The notes beneath the pieces are model-generated. The model was given only the letters and a program-made list of their open reading frames with translations. It made no database searches and was not told the DNA's origin. Both the position numbers and the translations under genes were made by a program. A stretch of DNA of 38,895 bases from UHGV virus genome UHGV-2195811, one strand, 5' to 3'. Source of the stretch: a virus. The first letter of the stretch is position 1; the number at the start of each line of letters is the position of its first letter. Below are positions 1 to 7,193 of this stretch, in pieces.

Positions 1-158
1 GAGATAAAGGAGACGTTGGTCCGCAAGGTCCAGCAGGGCAAAACGCAACAACGACAGACGTTGCAACCTCAATAAAAAATGGCTTGATGTCTAAAGAAGA
101 TAAAACAAAACTAGATGGATTGCCAGCAATTACGTTTGAAAAGGTAGGGGAAGTGTAA
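1..158 (+). CDS. tail fibre protein, C-terminal fragment (5' partial; collagen-like G-X-Y triplets)
   Basis: Open frame from the window edge (phase of nt 3) to TAA at 156-158, overlapping the next ATG (TAATG). GDKGDVGPQGPAGQ triplets. The C-terminus ...ITFEKVGEV matches the end of ORF 38173..38769. Confidence 0.6.
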   Translation, partial: DKGDVGPQGPAGQNATTTDVATSIKNGLMSKEDKTKLDGLPAITFEKVGEV

Positions 159-700
159 TGACAACAGATATTGTTCAATTAAAAGAAAAAGGAAAACCAG
201 TCTATCTTAAAACACACGCTGCAGCTATTGATGGCGTAGCAGGATTACTCGTTAGAGCAGACGGTAGTGATGAGACTGTGCGCGGAATTAAAAATTTTCA
301 AGATGGGATAAAAGTAGGAAATAAATCATTAGATGCAAGTTTAATGGATCGACTACTAAATGTAGGTAAAAAAATTTGGTCAGGTGCATGGTATATGGGG
401 GAAAATCAATCAATTAATCCGAGTTTACCATTGGATCAATGTCTTTCTGGCTGGTTATTTTTATATCAACCATATAACACAAGTACAAGCCTAGGAGACA
501 ATTGGGATTTGAACTATGTATTTGTTCCAAAAACGCATATAGTGGAATTTGGAGGTCGTGCGGTTGTTCATCATTTAGAAACATTGAATGGAGCAAAATA
601 CAACAAATATATTTATATAAGCAATACGCAAATTTTAGGCCATAAAAATAATAATACTGCTTCAAAAACTTTTGTATTGACACGGGTGTATGCAATTTAA
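158..700 (+). CDS. putative tail fibre / receptor-binding protein
   Basis: 180-aa ORF, start coupled to the upstream stop. N-terminus MTTDIVQLKEKGKPVYLKTHAAAIDG is paralogous to the N-termini of 38173..38769 and the partial gene at 38766. Sits in the fibre/lysis module. Confidence 0.55.
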   Translation: MTTDIVQLKEKGKPVYLKTHAAAIDGVAGLLVRADGSDETVRGIKNFQDGIKVGNKSLDASLMDRLLNVGKKIWSGAWYMGENQSINPSLPLDQCLSGWLFLYQPYNTSTSLGDNWDLNYVFVPKTHIVEFGGRAVVHHLETLNGAKYNKYIYISNTQILGHKNNNTASKTFVLTRVYAI

Positions 701-718
701 GAAAGGAGAAAGTTAGCT

Positions 719-1114
719 ATGAAAATTTGGATTGAAAATAGAATTGGCTATTTAGAAGGTTATTCTACAATGGAACAACCAGATAATGTTGAGCTTGAAG
801 TGAAAAAAGAACCGTTTGATTTTATGAATTGGCGTTATGATGGCGCACAATTGATTCATGATCCAGAAAATGCACCACAACCAGAGCCAACACCACCAAC
901 CGACATTGAGGTATTACAAGCCGAAAATGCGGAATTAAAACAATTGAATTCAAAACTCATGGTTAATGACGTGAATTTAAAAAAAGAGCTTTCAGAAGTA
1001 ACGAAAAAAGCAGATAACTTTGCGCAAATTAGTGCAAAATCAATGCTTGCTATTAATCAATTAACCAATCAGGTAAAAGAAATTAACGAAAAATTAGCAG
1101 AAGGAGTGGAATAA
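719..1114 (+). CDS. hypothetical phage protein (proline-rich linker + coiled-coil), XkdW-position
   Basis: 131-aa ORF with SD GAAAGGAGAAAG upstream. Lies between the fibre and XkdX-like genes. Confidence 0.5.
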   Translation: MKIWIENRIGYLEGYSTMEQPDNVELEVKKEPFDFMNWRYDGAQLIHDPENAPQPEPTPPTDIEVLQAENAELKQLNSKLMVNDVNLKKELSEVTKKADNFAQISAKSMLAINQLTNQVKEINEKLAEGVE

Positions 1115-1115
1115 A

Positions 1116-1253
1116 ATGTTTACATTTGATGACATTAAAATGATGTATGACTGGGGCTGTTTTACAGATGAACAAGTTGCAGAATTTGTACCACTTTGTA
1201 TAACAGAAGATGAATTTACAAAAATGACAGGAAAACCGTTTAGCAAAGGCTAA
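1116..1253 (+). CDS. XkdX-family small phage protein (45 aa)
   Basis: Not in the ORF track (<60 aa). MFTFDDIKMMYDWGCFTDEQVAEFVPLCITEDEFTKMTG resembles the XkdX family that precedes lysis genes in PBSX-like modules. SD GGAGTGGAATAAA ATG. Confidence 0.5.
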   Translation: MFTFDDIKMMYDWGCFTDEQVAEFVPLCITEDEFTKMTGKPFSKG

Positions 1254-1282
1254 GCGGTTTTTATTATTGGAAGGTGGAAGAC

Positions 1283-1687
1283 ATGGTGATTATTGATAAT
1301 CAAGCGTTAATAGCAGAATTTAAAAATTTAATTTCAAACGGCTTTATCCAAGTGTTTGTTTGGATTGTGTTAGGAGATATTGCAACAGGTATTTGTAAGG
1401 GAATCTACAGGGAAGAAGGAAATAGTACAAAGGGATTACCTGGATTAATTAAACATTTACTTGTTGTATGTTTAGTTATAGTGACCTATCCATATTTAAA
1501 AATAATGGGATTCTCATCTATTGCTGATGGTTTTGTTTTATTTTACATTGCTGTTTATGGTCTTTCGATTACAGAAAACTTAGGGCAGCTAGGTGTTCCG
1601 TTACCTTCTTGGGTTAAAAATCATCTAAGCAAATTAAAAGATGAAAATGATAAAGGAGGTGAACCGAAAGATGGTACAGGTAATTAA
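1283..1687 (+). CDS. holin
   Basis: Three hydrophobic helices (FIQVFVWIVLGDIATGI, LLVVCLVIVTYPYL, FVLFYIAVYGLSI) and a charged C-terminus, immediately upstream of and overlapping the endolysin. Track start 1274 is GTG; ATG 1283 has SD AAGGTGGAAG. Confidence 0.75.
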   Translation: MVIIDNQALIAEFKNLISNGFIQVFVWIVLGDIATGICKGIYREEGNSTKGLPGLIKHLLVVCLVIVTYPYLKIMGFSSIADGFVLFYIAVYGLSITENLGQLGVPLPSWVKNHLSKLKDENDKGGEPKDGTGN

Positions 1688-2504
1688 TCAATCTGTTTGT
1701 GGAGGAATTGCTGGTAGACGCCCCAACGCAACACCAAAAGGCGTTGTCATTCATAACGATGCAGGAAGTATTTATGCGACTGCTGCGCAATATGTTAATG
1801 CTTTAGCTGTAATGTCTCCTACGCAATTAGCGAATGGTTTTGCTCATTATTATATTGATCGAAATACAATTGCACGTGTAGAAGATACATTCAACGCAGC
1901 TTGGCATACAGCAAATTCAGATGGAAATTTGAACTATGTTGGTTATGAGGTTTGTCAATCGATGGGCGCTAGCGATGCAGACTTTTTAGCGAATGAGCAA
2001 ATGACATTTAAGCAAGTAGCCGAAGATATGAAGTTTTGGGGAATGCAACCTAATAGAGATACTGTAAGATTGCACAAAGAATTTGTTCCTACAGCATGTC
2101 CTCATCGTTCGTGGGAATTGCATGGAAAAGAAACAAACGCAGTAAAAGACTATTTTATTAGCCAAATAAAAAAATATATGGGAAATCAAAACGAAAACAA
2201 TAGCAACTCAAGTAATAACAATCAAAATACAATAAAAGGGAGAGAAGCAACGATGTTTTGTTTATATCAACGACCAATTAATAGTAAAACAGGAAAATTA
2301 GAAGATAACGGGGATCACTGGGCTACATTCTTCTGTAATGGAGTGAATTGCCGACGTTTATATCATGGCGATGAGGCAGAAGTAATAAAAACAGTATACA
2401 GAGAGAACAACGGAAAAGAAATACCGTTCTTTGGTAAAGAGAAATGGCCTAAAAATGCTCCATGGTACAAACGTTTAGAGACTGTTTGTCCAGTTGTAAA
2501 ATAG
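1671..2504 (+). CDS. endolysin: N-acetylmuramoyl-L-alanine amidase (amidase_2/PGRP-like) + Asn/Ser linker + C-terminal cell-wall-binding domain
   Basis: GVVIHNDAGS...HYYIDRN...GYEVCQS...PTACPH is an amidase_2-type Zn-binding pattern. Linker NQNENNSNSSNNNQNT is followed by a Cys/Trp-rich ~80-aa CBD. Strong SD AAAGGAGGTG 9 nt before ATG 1671. Track start 1641 lies inside the holin. Confidence 0.85.
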   Translation: MVQVINQSVCGGIAGRRPNATPKGVVIHNDAGSIYATAAQYVNALAVMSPTQLANGFAHYYIDRNTIARVEDTFNAAWHTANSDGNLNYVGYEVCQSMGASDADFLANEQMTFKQVAEDMKFWGMQPNRDTVRLHKEFVPTACPHRSWELHGKETNAVKDYFISQIKKYMGNQNENNSNSSNNNQNTIKGREATMFCLYQRPINSKTGKLEDNGDHWATFFCNGVNCRRLYHGDEAEVIKTVYRENNGKEIPFFGKEKWPKNAPWYKRLETVCPVVK

Positions 2505-2590
2505 CTTGAAATTTAAAAGCATCTGATTTAAAATATAGTTACCTTTTGATATTTCCATATTTGACCTTCTTTTATGAGAATAAAAGAAGG

Positions 2591-2636
2591 GTGCACCTAT
2601 CTTTTTCCAAGTCCTAAGATAGGTGCATTTTTTTGT
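2591..2636 (+). terminator. rho-independent terminator after the endolysin
   Basis: GGTGCACCTATC-loop-GATAGGTGCA followed by TTTTTTT. Confidence 0.6.
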
Positions 2637-2664
2637 TGAAATTTAAAAAAGAAAGCGGTAAAAT
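2636..2664 (+). promoter_or_regulatory. sigma-A-type promoter TTGAAA-N17-TAAAAT
   Basis: Consensus-like -35/-10 with an exact 17-bp spacer. Would give a ~60-nt transcript ending at the terminator 2699..2731. Confidence 0.4.
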
Positions 2665-2698
2665 ATGTTTACCAAACTTTTTGTTTTATTACTACTTA

Positions 2699-2731
2699 TT
2701 GCCGCCTTTCCCAAACGAGGCGGCAACTTTT
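2699..2731 (+). terminator. rho-independent terminator
   Basis: TTGCCGCCT-tcccaaacg-AGGCGGCAA followed by CTTTTT. Confidence 0.55.
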
Positions 2732-2843
2732 TACATAAAAATTATTGAACTCAAAAAACAGATATTGTAAAATATTGATACATATTTAAACTCTTATTTT
2801 TTCACGCAGACCGCCTTTTCTCAATAAGACGGTCGTTTTTTTG

Positions 2844-2872
2844 TTGAAAATTGAAAATCAGTAAAGTAAAAT
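2844..2872 (+). promoter_or_regulatory. sigma-A-type promoter TTGAAA-N17-TAAAAT driving the tRNA
   Basis: Second copy of the same promoter architecture. It is preceded by the same T7-GTTG junction and followed by leader hairpin CCAGTAAGAAC/GTTCTTACTTGG (2893..2934) abutting the tRNA 5' end. Confidence 0.45.
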
Positions 2873-2934
2873 TATTATATATCAAGCTATAACCAGTAAG
2901 AACTATTTTATCCCCAATAAGGTGGTTCTTACTT

Positions 2935-3008
2935 GGACCATTAGCTCAGCTGGTTAGAGCAAACGGCTCATAACCGTTCGGTCACAGGTTCGAGTCCTGT
3001 ATGGTCCA
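2935..3008 (+). tRNA. tRNA with CAU anticodon (elongator Met or lysidine-modified Ile2; isotype not decidable by eye)
   Basis: GGACCAT acceptor stem, D-arm TAGCTCAGCTGGTTAGAGC, anticodon arm AACGG-CTCATAA-CCGTT, T-arm ACAGG-TTCGAGT-CCTGT, ATGGTCC + discriminator A. No encoded CCA. Confidence 0.85.
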
Positions 3009-3082
3009 TATATTTTTATTTGCAAATAAAATAATAGAGGAGTAGACTTAAAGTATCAAATGTTTAAGGAGTGTTATCTATT

Positions 3083-3334
3083 ATGTCAAACTATGAAGAA
3101 AAAGAAGCAAAAGCATTAGTAAAAATTGCAGATGTTTTGAACAAACTGGATTCAAATTTAGAAGAATTAGATTCTCTAAATGAAGATGCAAAAAAACATA
3201 GTATGAAAAAATGGCTTGTTGAGAAAAGAGCCATGCATGAAATTAAAAAGATTGCACACGAAGCTGGTAAGTATGATAAGTACGATGAAAAAGAATTACA
3301 AAAAGAAATTGAACATGTAGAACAATATATGTAA
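3083..3334 (+). CDS. hypothetical small charged coiled-coil protein (83 aa)
   Basis: ORF with SD AAGGAG ~11 nt before ATG 3083 (track start 3071 is GTG). Ends at a bidirectional terminator. Confidence 0.45.
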   Translation: MSNYEEKEAKALVKIADVLNKLDSNLEELDSLNEDAKKHSMKKWLVEKRAMHEIKKIAHEAGKYDKYDEKELQKEIEHVEQYM

Positions 3335-3340
3335 AAATAA

Positions 3341-3372
3341 AAACTATTCCTTTTTTAAGGAATAGTTTTTTG
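3341..3372. terminator. bidirectional rho-independent terminator between convergent genes
   Basis: AAACTATTCCTT-TTTT-AAGGAATAGTTT flanked by A-run and T-run. Confidence 0.6.
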
Positions 3373-3606
3373 TATTTTCCGCACACACATTTTCACCACA
3401 ACTAGTTGCCTTTTTTGATTATACCTACCATAAACAGCAAGCTCTGTGCCATCAGGTAACATGAGTAATTCATCCGCCAATTCTTTTTTAGAAATAATGC
3501 AGTTGATAGTCTCTTTTTGAGTTTGCAAAGAAAAGCGGACTAACATTTCTGGATAAGTAGTTAATACCTTAATTTTATGAATTGTTCCTACATAATTTGG
3601 TTTCAT
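3355..3606 (-). CDS. hypothetical protein (83 aa)
   Basis: ATG at 3606 with SD AAGGAG 9 nt upstream on the minus strand (track start 3615 is TTG). Convergent with 3083..3334. Confidence 0.45.
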   Translation of the reverse strand: MKPNYVGTIHKIKVLTTYPEMLVRFSLQTQKETINCIISKKELADELLMLPDGTELAVYGRYNQKRQLVVVKMCVRKIQKTIP

Positions 3607-3675
3607 AGAAATCAACTCCTTGCTAGTAGTTAACTATATTATATTAAGATTATTTTTATTCGTCTAGGTATGAAA

Positions 3676-3697
3676 TGACCATACTTTGACCATACTT
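3676..3697 (+). repeat. tandem 11-bp repeat TGACCATACTT x2 (candidate integrase arm-type / regulatory sites)
   Basis: Exact tandem copies, read directly. The same motif recurs at 3891..3912. Confidence 0.4.
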
Positions 3698-3841
3698 TTT
3701 AAGAAAATATAGGAATTATCAGAATATAGCACTTAATACAAATGCCTATTTTATAAGCGTTGAATAAAGTTAGGGATTATTAGAAAAAATAAATCTTAAA
3801 GTATCAGTTTATCCAGTAGCTAACTAGTGTAATAGCTCAAG

Positions 3842-3872
3842 CCTTTGTTTATCAAAGGTTTGGGCTTTTTTT
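3842..3872 (+). terminator. hairpin + T7 tract (plus-strand terminator-like), 3' of int
   Basis: CCTTTG-tttat-CAAAGG then ...GGGCTTTTTTT. Shares the T7-GTTG junction seen at 2629 and 2835. Confidence 0.35.
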
Positions 3873-3890
3873 GTTGGTTTGAAAAATATT

Positions 3891-3912
3891 TGACCATACT
3901 TTTGACCATACT
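3891..3912 (+). repeat. second pair of TGACCATACT(T) repeats, 3 nt from the int stop codon
   Basis: TGACCATACTT-T-TGACCATACT. Confidence 0.4.
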
Positions 3913-3914
3913 AG

Positions 3915-5069
3915 TTAAAAGCCGATGTATTTTGATAGTTTTTCGGTAGTTTTTTCTTTTCCATCATTTGTTAGATGTGTATAAGTATCTAAAGTTGTTT
4001 TTATGTTTGCATGTCCTAATCGTTCCTGAACTTCTTTATGATCTGCACCAGCATAGTATAATAAAGATGCATGCGTGTGTCTAAATCCGTGAAGCCCAAT
4101 GTTGGGTAAGTTAGCCTTTTTACGATAAATATTGTATCTATCTGTAATAGCTTGATTTATTGTAAATTCATTTTCTTCATTGGTGAAAATACGTGAAGGT
4201 TGTGTATAACCAAGTTTAAGAAGATATTTTTTTTGCTCTAATTTCCATTTTTTTAAGATAGTTATTGTTTTTGCATCTAATATTAGTGTTCTGTTTGATT
4301 TTTTTGTTTTTGGAGTATTTGATACATAATAATGGTCAGATTTAGCAATTGTTTTGTTGATTTGTAGTTCACCAGTTTTAATGTTTAAATCGTCCCAAGT
4401 AAGAGCTAACAACTCCCCTATCCTACATCCACTAAAAGCTAATAATCTGAATAATGTATAATCTCTTATTGTAATGTAGGTACTTTCGCTTTGTTCAATA
4501 CTTTTTAAAAATATTTGAAGTTGATCTTTTGTATAGAATTTAATTTTCTTTTCTGATGTAATAATATCTTGATTTTTAGGAACTATTACATTAATCACTG
4601 GGTTTTGATTGGTAACCCCTATGTTAATAGCGAATTTGAAGACTTGATTCATATAATTTATAAAAAGGGGATATTGTTTTGAACTACCTTTTGAATGCCA
4701 TGTATTCACGATTTTCTGACAATAAGCAGTTGAAATTTTTGATATTTCAATTTTTCCAAATGAAGGTAGTATGTGTTTTCTGAAGATTATTTCTGTTCGA
4801 GAGTAGCTACTTTCTTTTACGGTATTTTTATAATTTTCCAGCCACATAAATGCTACTTCTTGGAATGTTATATTAGTGGAAGAGGGAATGCCATTTTTTT
4901 GAATTTCCATTTCTAACCTTGCTAATGCAATTTTAGCCTCTTTTTGAGTGCGAAATCCTCTCTTAGTTGTATACTTCTTTTTTCCAGTTAGCGGATCGGT
5001 ACCAAGATATGTTTTGAAGTACCATGCTTTTTCACCATTTTTCTTTTGATATTGTTTTATCATTGCCAT
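3915..5069 (-). CDS. int: tyrosine site-specific integrase
   Basis: 384 aa. C-terminal catalytic signature ...HGFRHTHASLL...LGHANIKTTLDTYTHL (R..H-x-x-R..Y). N-terminal SAM-like/AP2-like region. SD AAAGAGG 7 nt before ATG. Confidence 0.9.
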   Translation of the reverse strand: MAMIKQYQKKNGEKAWYFKTYLGTDPLTGKKKYTTKRGFRTQKEAKIALARLEMEIQKNGIPSSTNITFQEVAFMWLENYKNTVKESSYSRTEIIFRKHILPSFGKIEISKISTAYCQKIVNTWHSKGSSKQYPLFINYMNQVFKFAINIGVTNQNPVINVIVPKNQDIITSEKKIKFYTKDQLQIFLKSIEQSESTYITIRDYTLFRLLAFSGCRIGELLALTWDDLNIKTGELQINKTIAKSDHYYVSNTPKTKKSNRTLILDAKTITILKKWKLEQKKYLLKLGYTQPSRIFTNEENEFTINQAITDRYNIYRKKANLPNIGLHGFRHTHASLLYYAGADHKEVQERLGHANIKTTLDTYTHLTNDGKEKTTEKLSKYIGF

Positions 5070-5137
5070 TTACAAAACCTCTTTTCAAGAACGTACGTTC
5101 GTTTTTATTTTTTTAAGAAAAGCCCGGAGGCTAGTCT

Positions 5138-5707
5138 TTATATTTTTTCCATTGTTCCGTTATTCATATCCCATTGAGCATGAACAGAATTAAGATTTGC
5201 ACCAGCAGAACTCATTATTCCAGTGAATTTTACCTTATCACCAGTTTTAAAATCTTTTGTATTATTTAGATCTTTTACAAATATTACATAAGAAGCTAAA
5301 GGGCTAGAAGAAATTGAATTAGTCCATGTTTCATTAGAAAATTTATTATTAGCAATAACGGCAACTCTTTTGCCCATAGGTTCAATTACGGTACCTGTGA
5401 ATGTAAAAGATTTTCCTTTAATTAATTCTGAAAATACTTTCGATTGGTCTGTAGTTGGAGTAATTGAATAATACTGATCCACAAAGCTTTCAAAATCTTG
5501 TGGATTTGTTTGAAGGTACTCCTGGAATTTTGTAATATTGGTATTATTAATATTCGAGCTACTAGTATGTTTTTCTTTTATAGTTGCTTCTTTTTTTACA
5601 GAACTTATTTTAGTAGATGAGCTACTAGAATTTTTTTCCTCTTCTTTGTTTCCAGAACATGCAGTAAGAAGTAATAATGATAAAAATACTAAAGAAACTT
5701 TTTTCAT
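5138..5707 (-). CDS. prophage lipoprotein (candidate superinfection-exclusion, Ltp-like position)
   Basis: Signal peptide + lipobox MKKVSLVFLSLLLLTAC. Ser-rich linker, then a beta-rich C-terminal domain. Located between int and the repressor, as exclusion lipoproteins are in streptococcal and lactococcal phages. Confidence 0.7.
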   Translation of the reverse strand: MKKVSLVFLSLLLLTACSGNKEEEKNSSSSSTKISSVKKEATIKEKHTSSSNINNTNITKFQEYLQTNPQDFESFVDQYYSITPTTDQSKVFSELIKGKSFTFTGTVIEPMGKRVAVIANNKFSNETWTNSISSSPLASYVIFVKDLNNTKDFKTGDKVKFTGIMSSAGANLNSVHAQWDMNNGTMEKI

Positions 5708-5887
5708 TTAATAATTCCTCATTTCTAAAAAATATTTATATAAAAACCACCTAGCCAAATTGGTCAGGTGGTTCTTTTCTAATTTATGAAACCACTTTTC
5801 CAACGACTCTAAATTCGTGTTTATGTGTTAGTTTAAACAATAGGTTTGTTGTCTGAATATGGAAGATATTTTTATTATTAAATCAAA

Positions 5888-6319
5888 TTACAAATACCTT
5901 CTTAGTTCAGGAGGCAAACCTAGATAATCCATTATTTGAAATTCAGTTAAATTATCTAAAACATCTTGGTCTTGCATATATATGAGCAACTTCATAGCTA
6001 AAGAATTTGCTTCACATTCCATTTTTGATATAAAAGAATCTAATCCAAGAGATCTATAAAAAGGTGTACTGGAACTGCTGTGTAATTTGATGTGACTAAA
6101 TTCATGTAGTATCACAAATTGTTGATAATATTCAGACCAGTTTGCATTTACAATAATTGTATGGCAACGATTATTTGTTTGAGTACAACCTCCTGTTTCA
6201 TCATCTAAATCAGCATATAGTAATTTGCAATTCGCTTCTTTTATTAATTGATAAACGCTGTACGGATGATATAAATTAATTATTTTGTTAAATGTTTCTT
6301 CTACATAATAATTCATCAT
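5888..6319 (-). CDS. ImmA/IrrE-family metallopeptidase (anti-repressor protease)
   Basis: HEXXH motif ILHEFSHIKLH. Downstream of and co-oriented with the HTH repressor, as in ImmR/ImmA pairs. Confidence 0.8.
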   Translation of the reverse strand: MMNYYVEETFNKIINLYHPYSVYQLIKEANCKLLYADLDDETGGCTQTNNRCHTIIVNANWSEYYQQFVILHEFSHIKLHSSSSTPFYRSLGLDSFISKMECEANSLAMKLLIYMQDQDVLDNLTEFQIMDYLGLPPELRRYL

Positions 6320-6333
6320 ATCCCCCCGCTAAA

Positions 6334-6747
6334 TCAATTTCTATAATCCTTGCGAGTGAATTTTTTCTTTGCTTCTTCTTTATTCATTTCCATTGCAGTA
6401 CGTATAGCAATTAAAAGACGGTCTTTTTGATCTTGTGTAGCTGGTTCACCATAGAAATTGAGATTTTCACCGTTAGTTAGTCCCTCAATTAATTCTTCAG
6501 CTTGGATAGCTATATCTTTTTTTTCTTTGTCATTTAGTTCGTAATATTTTTTCTTTTCGGTACGACCAAGTAAATAGTCGGTTGAGACGTCAAAAAAATC
6601 TGCAACTTTTTGTAATTTGTCTGATTGAGGACTTGTTTTATCCCAACGATATAAAGAATTTTCCCCTATACCTAATTTAATAGAAAGTTCTTTAATTGTA
6701 ATATCCCTTTGTTTAGCAAGTAATTTTATTCTTTCTAAAGTATTCAT
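6334..6747 (-). CDS. cI-like phage repressor (XRE-family HTH + C-terminal domain)
   Basis: HTH LAKQRDITIKELSIKLGIGENSLYRWDK. The likely start is the ATG at 6747 (MNTLERIK), which has SD AAAGGTG. Track start 6810 would overlap the promoter. Confidence 0.8.
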   Translation of the reverse strand: MNTLERIKLLAKQRDITIKELSIKLGIGENSLYRWDKTSPQSDKLQKVADFFDVSTDYLLGRTEKKKYYELNDKEKKDIAIQAEELIEGLTNGENLNFYGEPATQDQKDRLLIAIRTAMEMNKEEAKKKFTRKDYRN

Positions 6748-6803
6748 ATAATCACCTTTCAGAGAAAAAAAGCATACTAAATAAAAATATCTACCAAAAA
6801 TGG

Positions 6804-6832
6804 TTGACATCTACCAAATTAGATAGTATACT
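6804..6832 (+). promoter_or_regulatory. rightward promoter TTGACA-N17-TATACT, overlapped by ATCTACCAAA operator-like repeats
   Basis: Perfect -35 and near-consensus -10 with a 17-bp spacer. Direct repeats ATCTACCAAA at 6789..6798 and 6809..6818. Confidence 0.5.
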
Positions 6833-6920
6833 GATTTCAGATATAAGAAATGAGCAAAAAAATACTAATAAAAATAGTATAAAATCTTGGCGGATTTATT
6901 ATGCTTATTTCTTTGTATTT

Positions 6921-6948
6921 ATAGTATCATATCTGGTAGTTTTGTCAA
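6921..6948 (-). promoter_or_regulatory. leftward promoter (TTGACA-N16-TGaTACTAT on the minus strand) for the repressor operon
   Basis: Minus-strand reading AATAGTTGACAAAACTACCAGATATGATACTAT. Spacer contains CTACCAG, related to the operator repeat. Confidence 0.4.
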
Positions 6949-6980
6949 CTATTTTATCATAAAAGATTGGAGGTGTGGTT

Positions 6981-7190
6981 ATGTCAGTTTCTATTGTGGC
7001 AAATATAAAGAAAATTGCATTAGAGAAAAATTTAACTATTAAACAAATTGGAAAAGAATCAGGTGTAGGAGAAAATGCGATTTATAGATGGGATAAACAA
7101 AACCCTAATTTATCAAGTTTAAAAAAGGTTTCTAATTATTTAAATATTTCTATCGATGAATTACTAGAAAGCGAAAAACAGGAGGTGTAA
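6981..7190 (+). CDS. Cro-like XRE-family HTH regulator
   Basis: HTH IKQIGKESGVGENAIYRWDK. SD GGAGGTG 5 nt before ATG 6981 (track start 6975 is GTG). Divergent from the repressor. Confidence 0.7.
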   Translation: MSVSIVANIKKIALEKNLTIKQIGKESGVGENAIYRWDKQNPNLSSLKKVSNYLNISIDELLESEKQEV

Positions 7191-7193
7191 CTT

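Noticed and set aside
2665-2748. 27-codon hydrophobic ORF (MFTKLFVLLLLIAAFPKRGGNFLHKNY) resembling a type I toxin peptide
   Set aside because: Its ATG lies directly on the predicted -10/TSS, so it is not inside the predicted transcript. It has no SD and its 3' half is the terminator hairpin.
2935-3008. tRNA 3' end as the integration core for prophage B
   Set aside because: Int and its arm-type repeats lie ~0.9 kb away with two intervening genes and a terminator, and no tRNA 3'-end duplicate is adjacent to int. The tRNA is more likely simply a neighbouring or phage-carried gene.
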